A stretch of DNA of 64,000 nucleotides from a virus. The stretch spans positions 32,001-96,000 of the IMG/VR virus record IMGVR_UViG_3300023184_000037; one strand, 5' to 3'. The translations under genes were made by a program, and so were the position numbers. Shown here one piece after another: positions 41,733 to 51,674 of the stretch (positions are counted from its first letter, which is position 1; every line of letters starts with the position of its first letter). The notes beneath the pieces were generated by a model. The model was given only the letters and a program-made list of their open reading frames with translations, ran no database searches and was not told where the DNA came from.

Positions 41733-44700
41733 ATGGCACAAGTAAATAAAATTTCTTCATTTAAGAGTTTTACTGAAGTTAAGAATCAGGAGGCTACGAT
41801 GAAATTAAGAGAAACTAACAATGCAAAAAGACAGGAAACTGTTGGTAAAATTGGAGCAATCCTTGACGAAATGGGGTTAACATCTCTATCTGAGTTAGAT
41901 GAAGAGAAAAAACAAGCACTAATTAACAAAATGTTTGGAAACGTTTCAGAAGATGAAGCAGACGATATTGAAGATGAACTTAATAAATTAGGAGAACCTA
42001 AAAAACTAGAAGAGAGAAATGCATTCTTAGGCGCAAGAGCAAAAGCTATTGAGGAAGAGAAAAATGAATTTGAGTTTAACGGTAAAACATATAAAGTAAC
42101 AGTAAACGAAGGTAATGCCTTTGGAGATGCTGTAAGAAAAGCAAAAGAAGACGGTAAAAAAGAATTTGAATTCGACGGTAAAACTTATAAAGTTGAGGAA
42201 GGTAATGCCTTTGGAGATGCTGTAAGAAAAGCAAAAGAGGCTGGAGAGAAAGAATTTGAATTTGATGGTAAAACTTACAAAGTTGAAGAGTCTATCGATG
42301 AGGCTAAAAGAACCAAATTCACTGGTAAAACTGCTCATGATTTATACACTCAAACTGGTGGAAAACCATTCGAAGTGTTCGTTAAAAACGACTGGTACTC
42401 AGTTAACCCAGAAGAATTAAAAGATGACAAAGATACTTATTTTACTGGTTATACTAGAGATGGTTCTGATTATGAATTCGATCTTAAAGATATCGACTTT
42501 ATACAAGAATCTTTAAATGAAGGTCGTGTTAAAGCAGCTACCCTACTTCAAGAATTAATTGATGGAAATACTTCTAGAGCAGAAGGTATTAAAATGTCAA
42601 AAGACCTTGCTGAACATTATTTATATTGGTTAAGAACTTCACCTTACGGTAAGAAAAATGCTGACCTACCTCTTTACATGTTAATCAAAGCAAGTTTTGT
42701 TTGGGGAATTGAAAGACAATTAGACCCTAAATTAAAAGTAGAACTTGAAGCACTAAAAGGTAGTATTAAAGAATCAGCAGATTTTATTACTGAGGCTCGT
42801 TCAATTAATAAAATCCAATATGACTGGTCTAAACTGACAACTACAATGGCTGCAACTGCACAAAATTGGAAAACTGCAGAAGGACCTGCTAAAGAAATGT
42901 TACTTGGAAAATTAAAAGAGATGACTGCTCAAAAGAAAGCTCTAGAAGCTGAATTGGATGCTGCTATTGCTGACAAAGACAAAGACATCGAATTGGTAGT
43001 TTCTGAAGCATTCTTTAGATTACCAAAAGACGTTATTGGTAACGAATTATACTTAGCAACTCAAAATTTATCTAACCTATATGGTAGAACTTTAGCTGGA
43101 AATGATATTGATGCCGGAGTTATTGATACTGTTATTAAAGCCCTAAACACTGTTAAAAAATCTATTAAGAAATTTAATAACAAAGAAGAGGTTTTAGGAA
43201 CTGTTTACGAAGCTAAAGCAAAAGACTTAAAACCAAACCACAAATACACATCAGACTATGGTGAAGTTACATTCATCAAATTAAATCCTGATGGTAAAAC
43301 TATGAAGTTGCATTCAAAAGAAACTGGAGAAATCAAAACCGACATTTCAAATGCATACAACATGGAATTAATTGAATCAGTTGTTAATGAAGGAGATATG
43401 ACTAAACACTATGATGGTTTTATTCTATTAGACCAAAAAGGAAAAAAGACATATAAGTTTAAATACGTTAAAGGAACTAGTAATGTTAATGTTGAAAATG
43501 CAGCTATTGACAAGTTAGTAAAAGCAACTGGAGAACCAAGAGCAAATTTCATGGTTCATGGTTTTATTAAAAAAGGTGAATGGGATAAAAATAACATTAG
43601 TGTATTTGAATCTTTAAATGAAGGAAGCGCTAAACAATTTGATGTTGACTTTAACAATATGGTTAGAAACATTAAATCTGGTTATGGTTGGATCGATCCA
43701 GAATACGTAGCAGATACTTGGGAAAATTCAAGTGACTCTATCGATTTTGAATTAGTTAAAGGAGAAATCTACAAAAGATTAATTGCTGCTAAATTATTAG
43801 CCTACGCTGATGACGAAGATGAAGAAGCAGCAGGACAATATGTTAAATCATTAAAAGAACTTGGAATTAAAGAATCTTTTATTAATGAGGCAGAAAAATT
43901 TAAAAGCACTCAAGATTTTGAAGAGTTCTTAGAGGAAATTGATGGTATGCCAGAGCATAGAATCAAAAGAATCATGGGTAAAGATTACATCGATACTCCA
44001 GGAGGTTTCAGAGATGAAGCAGATGATTACGATAATGACATTGTAGAGTATACTCTTTCTAACATGGGTCGTAAAGATTTTGAAGCACTTAAAGCATGGT
44101 GGGAAAACAATGTTCAAGAATCTTTAAATGAGGCTGAAGTAAAATCTGACGATGAATTTAAAGAATATGCAATGACTGTTTTGAAAAAAGCATTTGGAGA
44201 TGACTTTGATGAAGCAAAAGCAACTGAAGTTATTGATGGAATTCTTGGAAAATGTGGCGATGATTACGGAGCTGCAGTTGGAATGATAACAAGTTCTCTT
44301 GGAGAATCAGTAGTTACTGAAGGCATTTGGCCTAAGTCTAAATTAGCTAGTTCATTTCAGTTTAAATTAGCAGACGAACTTAAACAAAATTTTAAAGGAG
44401 TATTCTATAGTATAGGTAATGATTTATACCATAATGATGAAAAAGTATACTCAATCGATGGAGATAAAGATAGTATAGACTCTATAATTTCAAAACTTAA
44501 AAAAACTATTGATGAATCAGTAGTTACTGAAGGTTTTGATGCAAACTACTGGGAAGATTATCAAGAAGGAGCTCAAAAAACGAAAAACCCAACTGCTATG
44601 GTAATCATGCAAGACGTACAAGCTGCCGTTGAAGAGTGGAATGAGAATAATGAAGTTGGACCTGAAAATGAAGTAACACCGGCCGGAGAAAAGAAAGTCT

Positions 44701-44783
44701 TAAAATTAGCAAAAGAATTTGTTAAAGCAAAAGGTTGGATTTCATTCGATATTATCGATGCAATGATCGCTCAGGAATCTTAA
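41733..44783 (+). CDS. Modular internal-head polyprotein with repeated [LIV]-x-E protease-type linkers
   Basis: N-terminal ISSFKSFTE; repeated ESLNE/ESVVNE/ESVVTE/ESFINE/ESIDE followed by G or A; GATATATA at 41691. Confidence 0.65.
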   Translation: MAQVNKISSFKSFTEVKNQEATMKLRETNNAKRQETVGKIGAILDEMGLTSLSELDEEKKQALINKMFGNVSEDEADDIEDELNKLGEPKKLEERNAFLGARAKAIEEEKNEFEFNGKTYKVTVNEGNAFGDAVRKAKEDGKKEFEFDGKTYKVEEGNAFGDAVRKAKEAGEKEFEFDGKTYKVEESIDEAKRTKFTGKTAHDLYTQTGGKPFEVFVKNDWYSVNPEELKDDKDTYFTGYTRDGSDYEFDLKDIDFIQESLNEGRVKAATLLQELIDGNTSRAEGIKMSKDLAEHYLYWLRTSPYGKKNADLPLYMLIKASFVWGIERQLDPKLKVELEALKGSIKESADFITEARSINKIQYDWSKLTTTMAATAQNWKTAEGPAKEMLLGKLKEMTAQKKALEAELDAAIADKDKDIELVVSEAFFRLPKDVIGNELYLATQNLSNLYGRTLAGNDIDAGVIDTVIKALNTVKKSIKKFNNKEEVLGTVYEAKAKDLKPNHKYTSDYGEVTFIKLNPDGKTMKLHSKETGEIKTDISNAYNMELIESVVNEGDMTKHYDGFILLDQKGKKTYKFKYVKGTSNVNVENAAIDKLVKATGEPRANFMVHGFIKKGEWDKNNISVFESLNEGSAKQFDVDFNNMVRNIKSGYGWIDPEYVADTWENSSDSIDFELVKGEIYKRLIAAKLLAYADDEDEEAAGQYVKSLKELGIKESFINEAEKFKSTQDFEEFLEEIDGMPEHRIKRIMGKDYIDTPGGFRDEADDYDNDIVEYTLSNMGRKDFEALKAWWENNVQESLNEAEVKSDDEFKEYAMTVLKKAFGDDFDEAKATEVIDGILGKCGDDYGAAVGMITSSLGESVVTEGIWPKSKLASSFQFKLADELKQNFKGVFYSIGNDLYHNDEKVYSIDGDKDSIDSIISKLKKTIDESVVTEGFDANYWEDYQEGAQKTKNPTAMVIMQDVQAAVEEWNENNEVGPENEVTPAGEKKVLKLAKEFVKAKGWISFDIIDAMIAQES
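42012..42287 (+). repeat. ~90-bp in-frame tandem repeat (three copies, two near-identical)
   Basis: EGNAFGDAVRKAKE.G.KEFEFDGKTYKV at 42108 and 42198 (period 90), plus a diverged first copy from ~42012. Confidence 0.9.
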
Positions 44784-44800
44784 AAATAATTCAAATAAAT

Positions 44801-44844
44801 AATACCTGATGTTTTACCATGTCAGGTATTTTTATTATATTTAC
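44801..44844 (+). promoter_or_regulatory. Terminator hairpin + TATATTTAC promoter core
   Basis: AATACCTGA (44801-44809)/TCAGGTATT (44822-44830), then TATATTTAC at 44836-44844. Confidence 0.6.
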
Positions 44845-44847
44845 ACT

Positions 44848-45120
44848 ATGAAACACATTAACCTATTTGAAGACTTCTTAAATGAATCTGATTATGCAGA
44901 AGCAAGGGCTGACCTTTCACTAAAGGCATCTGATCTACTTGCAAAAAGAAAGGAACTTAGAAATAAAGTTAATGACCTTAACCAAAAAGTGGATGACCCA
45001 AAATCTGCAATTCAAGCCCAAATAGCAACCCTTAAAATGCAGGCTCTGGACCTTGATAATCAAAAAATTAGAATTAACGCAAATATACTTGATTTAAGTA
45101 AAAAATTAGAAAGTTTATAA
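44848..45120 (+). CDS. Small CTS-bearing coiled-coil protein
   Basis: True start MKHINLFEDFLNE at 44848. Confidence 0.65.
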   Translation: MKHINLFEDFLNESDYAEARADLSLKASDLLAKRKELRNKVNDLNQKVDDPKSAIQAQIATLKMQALDLDNQKIRINANILDLSKKLESL

Positions 45121-45122
45121 CT

Positions 45123-45671
45123 ATGAAACACATCCAACTATTCGAACAATTTATTAACGAAGGAAAAAATGACTACGTTAAATATGTAAAAGACGCATCA
45201 AAGAAAATATTTGCACGTGGTGGTAACGGTCAAAATGTACTTGATTATCTAACAGAACTAGGAAAATATATTGATAGCACTATTGACCCAAAGGCAGACA
45301 AATGGTATGGTCCACAAACACCATCACTCTTCCAAGAACTAGTTAATAGTATGGGAATTGATGATATCGAACATAACAATGTTTCCGGTGTAAAAAGCAG
45401 CAAAAAACCAGAAGCTTTTAGAGGTGCTAGCGATTTAATCGCTGTTACCAATGATGCGATCAAACGCGCTAAAACTAATGGAGGAAATGACACTGGATGG
45501 GGTAAAGCCGCATTAGAACTTGCTGGACACCTTCAAGCTTATAAAGTAGGCGCTGGTAATCCAGGTCCTGGAGAAGACGGATTTTATACTGCTCCAACCT
45601 TAAGTACATTTACAAGATTGGTTGATGATATTGCAATGGAAAATATTAAAAAGAATAGAGTAGCTCAATAA
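45123..45671 (+). CDS. CTS-bearing protein with internal duplication
   Basis: MKHIQLFEQFINE; two copies of DA.K....GGN...EL...Y...T.S.F..LV. Confidence 0.65.
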   Translation: MKHIQLFEQFINEGKNDYVKYVKDASKKIFARGGNGQNVLDYLTELGKYIDSTIDPKADKWYGPQTPSLFQELVNSMGIDDIEHNNVSGVKSSKKPEAFRGASDLIAVTNDAIKRAKTNGGNDTGWGKAALELAGHLQAYKVGAGNPGPGEDGFYTAPTLSTFTRLVDDIAMENIKKNRVAQ

Positions 45672-45678
45672 TTAAAAT

Positions 45679-46968
45679 ATGAAAACAAGAATCCTTAATT
45701 TTAATCAATTCATAACCGAAAGGTATGAAGTTAAATTAAATGAGCAATTGTTATTAGAGGGTGGAGCCGCTGGACACATGTCCCATCCATTCGATAATAA
45801 TGACCTAACATTTGGAGACTTCAAGAATATGATTATTGGTGGACTTCAAGGTGAACTAAACTTTGAAGAGGAACCTACTGAAAAAACAGACGGTCAAAAC
45901 GTTTTTGCAACTATTCAAAATGGTGAAGTTAAATTTGCCAGAAATAAAACTGAGTTGCAAAACCCTATGAGTCTTAAGGATTTCCAAAATAAATTTGAGG
46001 GACATGCTAGTAAACTAGTACAAGATACTTTCCAATTTGCAGCCGCTGATTTAGCAACCCTACTTGTAAAGTTACCTGCAAAAACGCAAGAGGAAGTGTT
46101 CCAGAATGGGCTGAACTTCATGAACATGGAGTTGATATATTCTGCTAACCCTAACGTAATTCACTATGACGTTGATGTAATTCAATTCCATGGCATTAAG
46201 AAGACTGATGGTGCTGGAAATATAGTTGGAGATGACAATAGTGCGGCAAAAAGTGTTAGTGGAGTACTTAAATCACTAAACGCTGATGTTGGAAGTACAT
46301 TTACAATAATTCCCCCACAAGTTATTAAACTACAAAAAGATATAAATTTTGAAGAGAATCAAACTAAATTCTTAGGAAAGCTTGATGCTCTTAAAAATCG
46401 TTATAATTTAACCGATGCCGATGCAGTTGCACGATACCATGAAATGTGGTGGAGAGAGCAAATTGATGCAACATTCGGTGATTTACCACAAAATATTAAA
46501 GAAGGACTATTATTAAGATGGGCCTATGATGATAAAAAAACCTTAAATCTTCGTTCATTAGACAAAGAGTTAACTAAAGAACAATCTGAAGCTGTTAAGA
46601 AATTTGACAAAGAGGATGTTAAAAAGAAATTCAAAGAAAACATTCGACCATTTGAAGACCTTTTCTTAGAATTGGGAAGTGTTATCTTAAAGAATGCTAG
46701 TAATTTTGTTGCTGCTTCTCCAGATAAAGAAATGCAAAGATTGCATACTGAAATCAGAACTGAAGCTGACAAAATTAAACTTAATGGAGACCTTACTCAA
46801 ATTGACAAAGTCGCAAAAGAACTTGACCGATTAGAGAGAATTGGAGGAATCCAGTCTATTATACCGACTGAAGGTATTGTATTCTCATACAAAGGACACA
46901 TGTACAAATTAACAGGAACATTCGCTGCTATTAATCAGTTGATGGGAATTATAAAATATGGAAGATAA
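45679..46968 (+). CDS. Ligase-superfamily nucleotidyltransferase (DUF6267-like), CTS-bearing
   Basis: ILNFNQFITE leader, LLEGGAAGHMSHPFD, motif I EKTDGQN, MELI, EGIVF, KLTG. Confidence 0.65.
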   Translation: MKTRILNFNQFITERYEVKLNEQLLLEGGAAGHMSHPFDNNDLTFGDFKNMIIGGLQGELNFEEEPTEKTDGQNVFATIQNGEVKFARNKTELQNPMSLKDFQNKFEGHASKLVQDTFQFAAADLATLLVKLPAKTQEEVFQNGLNFMNMELIYSANPNVIHYDVDVIQFHGIKKTDGAGNIVGDDNSAAKSVSGVLKSLNADVGSTFTIIPPQVIKLQKDINFEENQTKFLGKLDALKNRYNLTDADAVARYHEMWWREQIDATFGDLPQNIKEGLLLRWAYDDKKTLNLRSLDKELTKEQSEAVKKFDKEDVKKKFKENIRPFEDLFLELGSVILKNASNFVAASPDKEMQRLHTEIRTEADKIKLNGDLTQIDKVAKELDRLERIGGIQSIIPTEGIVFSYKGHMYKLTGTFAAINQLMGIIKYGR

Positions 46969-46969
46969 A

Positions 46970-47422
46970 ATGAAACATATAAAACTGTTTGAACAATTTA
47001 TTAATGAATCAACAATTAATAACTTTAAACCTGAAGTATTAAAGAAATCTAATTCATTAGATGAAACATTCTTTAAGAAATTAATGCCACTTACCGCCAA
47101 AACTACCGATACTGCAATGGAATGGATCTGGGATTTTGAAGGAGAAACTATGTTTGTTCATTTCCAATATTTTGAAGTTAAACCACTTGGCAATATTATC
47201 GATACTCCAAAATACAGAATACATAATGCACAGTATTGGTTGAATGATACCCAATTAGCGCTACAAGGTAAAAGAGGTGAAGAGGTTAATGTAACCAAAT
47301 TATCATTTACTGATATAACAGACCCTAAAAAAGAGAAATCTTTAGGTTCGATTTGGGTTGATACTAAAGTTTATTTAGACGAGCAAAGAAGAGTATTTGA
47401 AGTAACAAAAAGTTCATCATAA
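46970..47422 (+). CDS. CTS-bearing hypothetical protein
   Basis: True start MKHIKLFEQFINE at 46970. Confidence 0.65.
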   Translation: MKHIKLFEQFINESTINNFKPEVLKKSNSLDETFFKKLMPLTAKTTDTAMEWIWDFEGETMFVHFQYFEVKPLGNIIDTPKYRIHNAQYWLNDTQLALQGKRGEEVNVTKLSFTDITDPKKEKSLGSIWVDTKVYLDEQRRVFEVTKSSS

Positions 47423-47437
47423 TTAAAAAACAAAGAG

Positions 47438-49309
47438 ATGGCATTACAAAAATTAAGAGAGTATTTTAACGAAACCAATAGAGAAACTTTTATTGATATG
47501 TTAAAAAATAGAGTGTTAGTAACTGAGAAAGTTGCAGCACCTACATTTCTTGTTAAAAGAAATCTTGATGGGTTTGAATATTTTAAATCTTCAAATTCAG
47601 AAAAATTAAATCTAGTTGACAGAACTATTATCTCCTTATATGAGATTGCAATCAACTATATGCAGAGTTTACCAAGCTCTACTAAAAACCAAATGCCACT
47701 TGATTGGAGATTTGGATTTGAATATCTACCGGAAGTTAATGTATCTAAAATTAAATACGGAAAGACTCCAAAGAATAATTTAATCTTAACGCACATCCAG
47801 CAAATGGGAGAAGGCGATAAAGTTAAGAAAACAATAAATGACCCAGTTATTCTAAATAAATGGGCAAAAATTCTTGATGTACAACAACCAAGCGTAATTT
47901 TTGATGGCTATTTATCTCAATTACAAAGAGATGAACTTCTTGAATTACTTGGAATGAGCGATAGAGAATTTAGTGAATCATTTGACTATTTACAAGAAAC
48001 AAAAGACAAGGTTAGTTTTACCAGTAAAGTAGTTAAACTTTTTAATCCAAATGCCTTTGAAACCGCCTTAAATGCTGATATTGAAGACGAATTTGACGGA
48101 TTAGTTGTTAATTTTATCGACGAAAAATCAATAAAGTCTTTTAAATTAGAGGATTTTATCAGAAAAGGGGTTGTTGATAACTCTTCGAGCCACATGTATC
48201 AAATTGCAGTTACTGACTTCTTAGAATTTGCAACTCAATTTAATATCGACGAAATCCAATTAGAAGACGAGAGAGCAGATTATCGATATCTAGAAATAAT
48301 GTCAATAATGTTTAATGAATATGTTGACAAAAATTCCTCAAAATATATTGGAGTTAATTTTGAAAGCGCTGAATTTTCATCAGCACAATCTTTTAAATTA
48401 AACTCAAAATATATTACTAATGAAAAGACACTAAAATTTGTTTCAAATGACATTTTAGCAGAACTACTTAAAATGATTTTAGGTTCTTTTAGAAAGAAAA
48501 GAACTAAAACTAGCGATTTAATAGATGATGACACTATGGCACGTCTAAATGAAATTATCGAAAAAATCAACAAGAAAATATTTGTTGAAAGTACTGATGA
48601 GAATGCAATATATGATTACCAAAATTTTATGTTGCGCGATAAAATTAAATCTTCAGTTAACTTAAATGAGGCGCTTAAGCTGACTCATGTTGAACAAGGA
48701 AAACAACCAGTAAATATGTTTGTTGGACGATTCCAACCGTTTACATTAGGACATGCTAAAGTTTTAGAGACTATTCATAAAGAAAATGGCTACCCAGTAG
48801 TTGTATTCCTTGTTAAAGCAAAAACCCAAAAGAAGGGCGATGAATTTAGCAGACCATACGACGAAAAGACGCAAATTGAAATGTTCAAAAACGTTCAAAA
48901 GCAATATACATTCCTTAAAGAGATATTTGTAATTCCAACTGGAGGTATTGATATTATGTTTAATGAAATGAGACCTAAATATGAACCAGTACTTTGGGGA
49001 ACAGGAAGTGATAGAATGACAAGTTATGGTTATCAAGTTAATAATGATGCGTATAGAGACCAATTAAACTGTAGAGCTGATTTTGGACTTTTTGAAATTC
49101 CTAGAAACGACGATGATATTTCGGCTACTGCGGTTAGAAATGCCCTATTAGCAGGAGATGAGAAACAATTTCAGAATTTAACACCAAAGGCAGTTCATGG
49201 AATGTATGGTGAACTTAAATCTAAAATTGAAGATTCAATGGGAGTAGTTGCTGAAGGATTTACCAATGAAATTATGACATTCGAACAATTTATTAACAAA
49301 GATATATAA
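47438..49309 (+). CDS. Fusion: degenerate ligase-like domain + HIGH-motif cytidylyl/adenylyltransferase
   Basis: N-terminal VTEK.., FEY, DGLVV; C-terminal FVGRFQPFTLGH, GSDR, ISATAVRNAL; ends IMTFEQFINK. Confidence 0.75.
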   Translation: MALQKLREYFNETNRETFIDMLKNRVLVTEKVAAPTFLVKRNLDGFEYFKSSNSEKLNLVDRTIISLYEIAINYMQSLPSSTKNQMPLDWRFGFEYLPEVNVSKIKYGKTPKNNLILTHIQQMGEGDKVKKTINDPVILNKWAKILDVQQPSVIFDGYLSQLQRDELLELLGMSDREFSESFDYLQETKDKVSFTSKVVKLFNPNAFETALNADIEDEFDGLVVNFIDEKSIKSFKLEDFIRKGVVDNSSSHMYQIAVTDFLEFATQFNIDEIQLEDERADYRYLEIMSIMFNEYVDKNSSKYIGVNFESAEFSSAQSFKLNSKYITNEKTLKFVSNDILAELLKMILGSFRKKRTKTSDLIDDDTMARLNEIIEKINKKIFVESTDENAIYDYQNFMLRDKIKSSVNLNEALKLTHVEQGKQPVNMFVGRFQPFTLGHAKVLETIHKENGYPVVVFLVKAKTQKKGDEFSRPYDEKTQIEMFKNVQKQYTFLKEIFVIPTGGIDIMFNEMRPKYEPVLWGTGSDRMTSYGYQVNNDAYRDQLNCRADFGLFEIPRNDDDISATAVRNALLAGDEKQFQNLTPKAVHGMYGELKSKIEDSMGVVAEGFTNEIMTFEQFINKDI

Positions 49310-49333
49310 AACATAAATAAATATAGAAATCCT

Positions 49334-51673
49334 ATGAATTTTAATGAATTCCTAAATGAAGGTAGTACTTCAACTTATGGTGGACCTGCTGGACTTACCA
49401 AAGATGAGACGTTTAAAATTGCTCAAAAATTTGCAGATGCTGCCGCTAGTGTTGACCCTGAAAAAGGAAAATGGGGTGTAAACAAAAGAACCTTAGAAGA
49501 GGATGGGTTTGACCTAGACTACAATGATGTGGAATTTGACGGTGGTTCATATAACATTTACAAAAATGGTAATGTTGTAAATATGGCTCTTCGTGAAAAT
49601 CCAGTTTTAGGTAAAATAGGAGACGATATTAAAACTATTGCAAAAGGTTTTAAAAAGATGATGGCAAATGAATCTGCTACAAACGAGGCTAATCTAGTTC
49701 TAGGGTTATCAACTAACAATTATCCTGCTGGAACAATTGCAAGATATCGTATAGAATCCTCTGTAATTAACCTAAGAAAAGTTGCTGATTTATCAAAAGA
49801 CTCATGGAAAAAATATTCAAGAGCATTTGCTGATGATGAAATTGGTTTTGAAAAATCAAGCGATAGAAAAGAGGCATTAGATGCTATTCAAAAATCATTC
49901 GATAATGGTAAAAATGACATTAGAGAATTTGGTTTAAATGAATCAGTAGTTAATGAAACTGGATTTAAAAAATCTGACATTAAAAAAACTATCGACTTTA
50001 TTAATAAAGAAATTGGAATAGATCCAGGATATGCTCTAATTGGAGATGAAGACGATATTGAAGAATTTGACAAACTTTGGGATCGTGGTGATTATGAAGA
50101 TGCATTTGACTTTTTAACAGTTGCAACAAACATGGAAATTTCAACATTTGCCGATGTTAAAGATGCTCTTAAAGAATCAGTAGTTAACGAAAGAAATATC
50201 ACTATCAAAAGACAATACACTGATAAAAGTCCTGCAGTTACTGTAGGTAAAGCTGCTAAAATTCGTAACAGAATGCTAGAGGCTATTAAAGATGGTAAAG
50301 TTTCACAAGAAGATTTTAATAATATTCTTAAAGAAATGACTACAGATTCTAAAAGATGGTTGAGAAGAAATGCTCAGTGTTTTAATGTATCTGAGGATGG
50401 AATTACCCTATCAAAAACAGGTTCTAGAATCCTTAAAAATATTATGGTTTCTGAAGCCACTACAAAGGCCCCAAAGATTTGGGTTCCTGGAGGATTTGAT
50501 AAAGAAATTTCAAAATACCCAAATAGTAAAATTACCAGAAAAATTGTATTAGATGCGGCACTTAAATGGGATGTTAATCCAGAAGATGCTATCAAGTATG
50601 TTGAATTTGGTTGGGTTGTTGACTTAGACGAAAATAAAAATAACAACGATATGAACACAAAATTTATTTACGAGTCTTTCGCAGATTTCGTTGCAAACAA
50701 ATTAAATGAAAATACATTAAACGAGGCATTTAAAAGTACTAAACTTTCTAACTTGTTCTCAGTAGGAAGCGCGGGTACTAAAGACCTTGCAGGAGCATTC
50801 TATAATTTCTCAAAACTAGCACTTGACCAAATCGAGGATTATGACATTATTGAAATGGACCCTCAAACTGCACGTAAAGAAAAAAGAGCAAATGCAATTT
50901 ACTTCTATATAGTAACTAATCAAAAAGTAAATCCATATATTGAAGGTAGTAATCCAAGCACTTACAATAATGGAATTATCCAATCAAATACTCTATTAGC
51001 AATGACCAATGGACAAAATGAATGGTACTCAACATCATATAATAATTATACAAAAGGAGAAACGATAAAAGTTGCAAAATCAAGAGAAGATGCAGCAGGT
51101 TTCGATAAAAGAGACAGTAAAAGATATGATGGTTCGGGAATTACATCTCTTACTAAAGTAGCTGAATTGGCTGATACTGCGTATGTTATTGACTTAGACG
51201 TTCTTAAAGCAAGATATTCTACATCATCATTAACATTTAAAAGAGCTGAAGATAAACGTGGAGCTACTGCTTTCCAAAGCGACAAAGACTTTAAAGCGGC
51301 AAACAAAGCACGTTATAATGAAATCTTAGCACAAAAAGCAGTTGCAATGCCAATCGATGAAGTAGTATTAGGAGCTATTGATACTCTTGCTACTCAAATT
51401 AAAGATGCTCTATCTGCGGGACAAAAGGGAAGATATGGAGAACTTATTATCGGACTAGACCCTAAAAATAGAGAAATCAAAATGAGTGATGCTTCTAATT
51501 TAATGAGAAATATCCTTGATGAGTACAATAGATATGTTGGATATGTTGTTGATGCTGAAAAAGAAGTTGCAACTGGATATAGTGGAAAATTCTACGAAGG
51601 TAGACTAAAAGAAAGTGCTAAAACAATAACAGATTACGTTAAGAAAGTAGACGCTAAAAATTACGCTTGGTAA
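49334..51673 (+). CDS. Second modular internal-head polyprotein
   Basis: MNFNEFLNE; ESATNE, two ESVVNE, MVSE, LNENTLNE linkers; internal YESFADFV; GATATATA at 49301. Confidence 0.6.
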   Translation: MNFNEFLNEGSTSTYGGPAGLTKDETFKIAQKFADAAASVDPEKGKWGVNKRTLEEDGFDLDYNDVEFDGGSYNIYKNGNVVNMALRENPVLGKIGDDIKTIAKGFKKMMANESATNEANLVLGLSTNNYPAGTIARYRIESSVINLRKVADLSKDSWKKYSRAFADDEIGFEKSSDRKEALDAIQKSFDNGKNDIREFGLNESVVNETGFKKSDIKKTIDFINKEIGIDPGYALIGDEDDIEEFDKLWDRGDYEDAFDFLTVATNMEISTFADVKDALKESVVNERNITIKRQYTDKSPAVTVGKAAKIRNRMLEAIKDGKVSQEDFNNILKEMTTDSKRWLRRNAQCFNVSEDGITLSKTGSRILKNIMVSEATTKAPKIWVPGGFDKEISKYPNSKITRKIVLDAALKWDVNPEDAIKYVEFGWVVDLDENKNNNDMNTKFIYESFADFVANKLNENTLNEAFKSTKLSNLFSVGSAGTKDLAGAFYNFSKLALDQIEDYDIIEMDPQTARKEKRANAIYFYIVTNQKVNPYIEGSNPSTYNNGIIQSNTLLAMTNGQNEWYSTSYNNYTKGETIKVAKSREDAAGFDKRDSKRYDGSGITSLTKVAELADTAYVIDLDVLKARYSTSSLTFKRAEDKRGATAFQSDKDFKAANKARYNEILAQKAVAMPIDEVVLGAIDTLATQIKDALSAGQKGRYGELIIGLDPKNREIKMSDASNLMRNILDEYNRYVGYVVDAEKEVATGYSGKFYEGRLKESAKTITDYVKKVDAKNYAW

Positions 51674-51674
51674 A

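Noticed and set aside
42012-42287. Tandem repeat as a CRISPR array
   Set aside because: In-frame 90-bp coding repeat without unique spacers; no cas genes.
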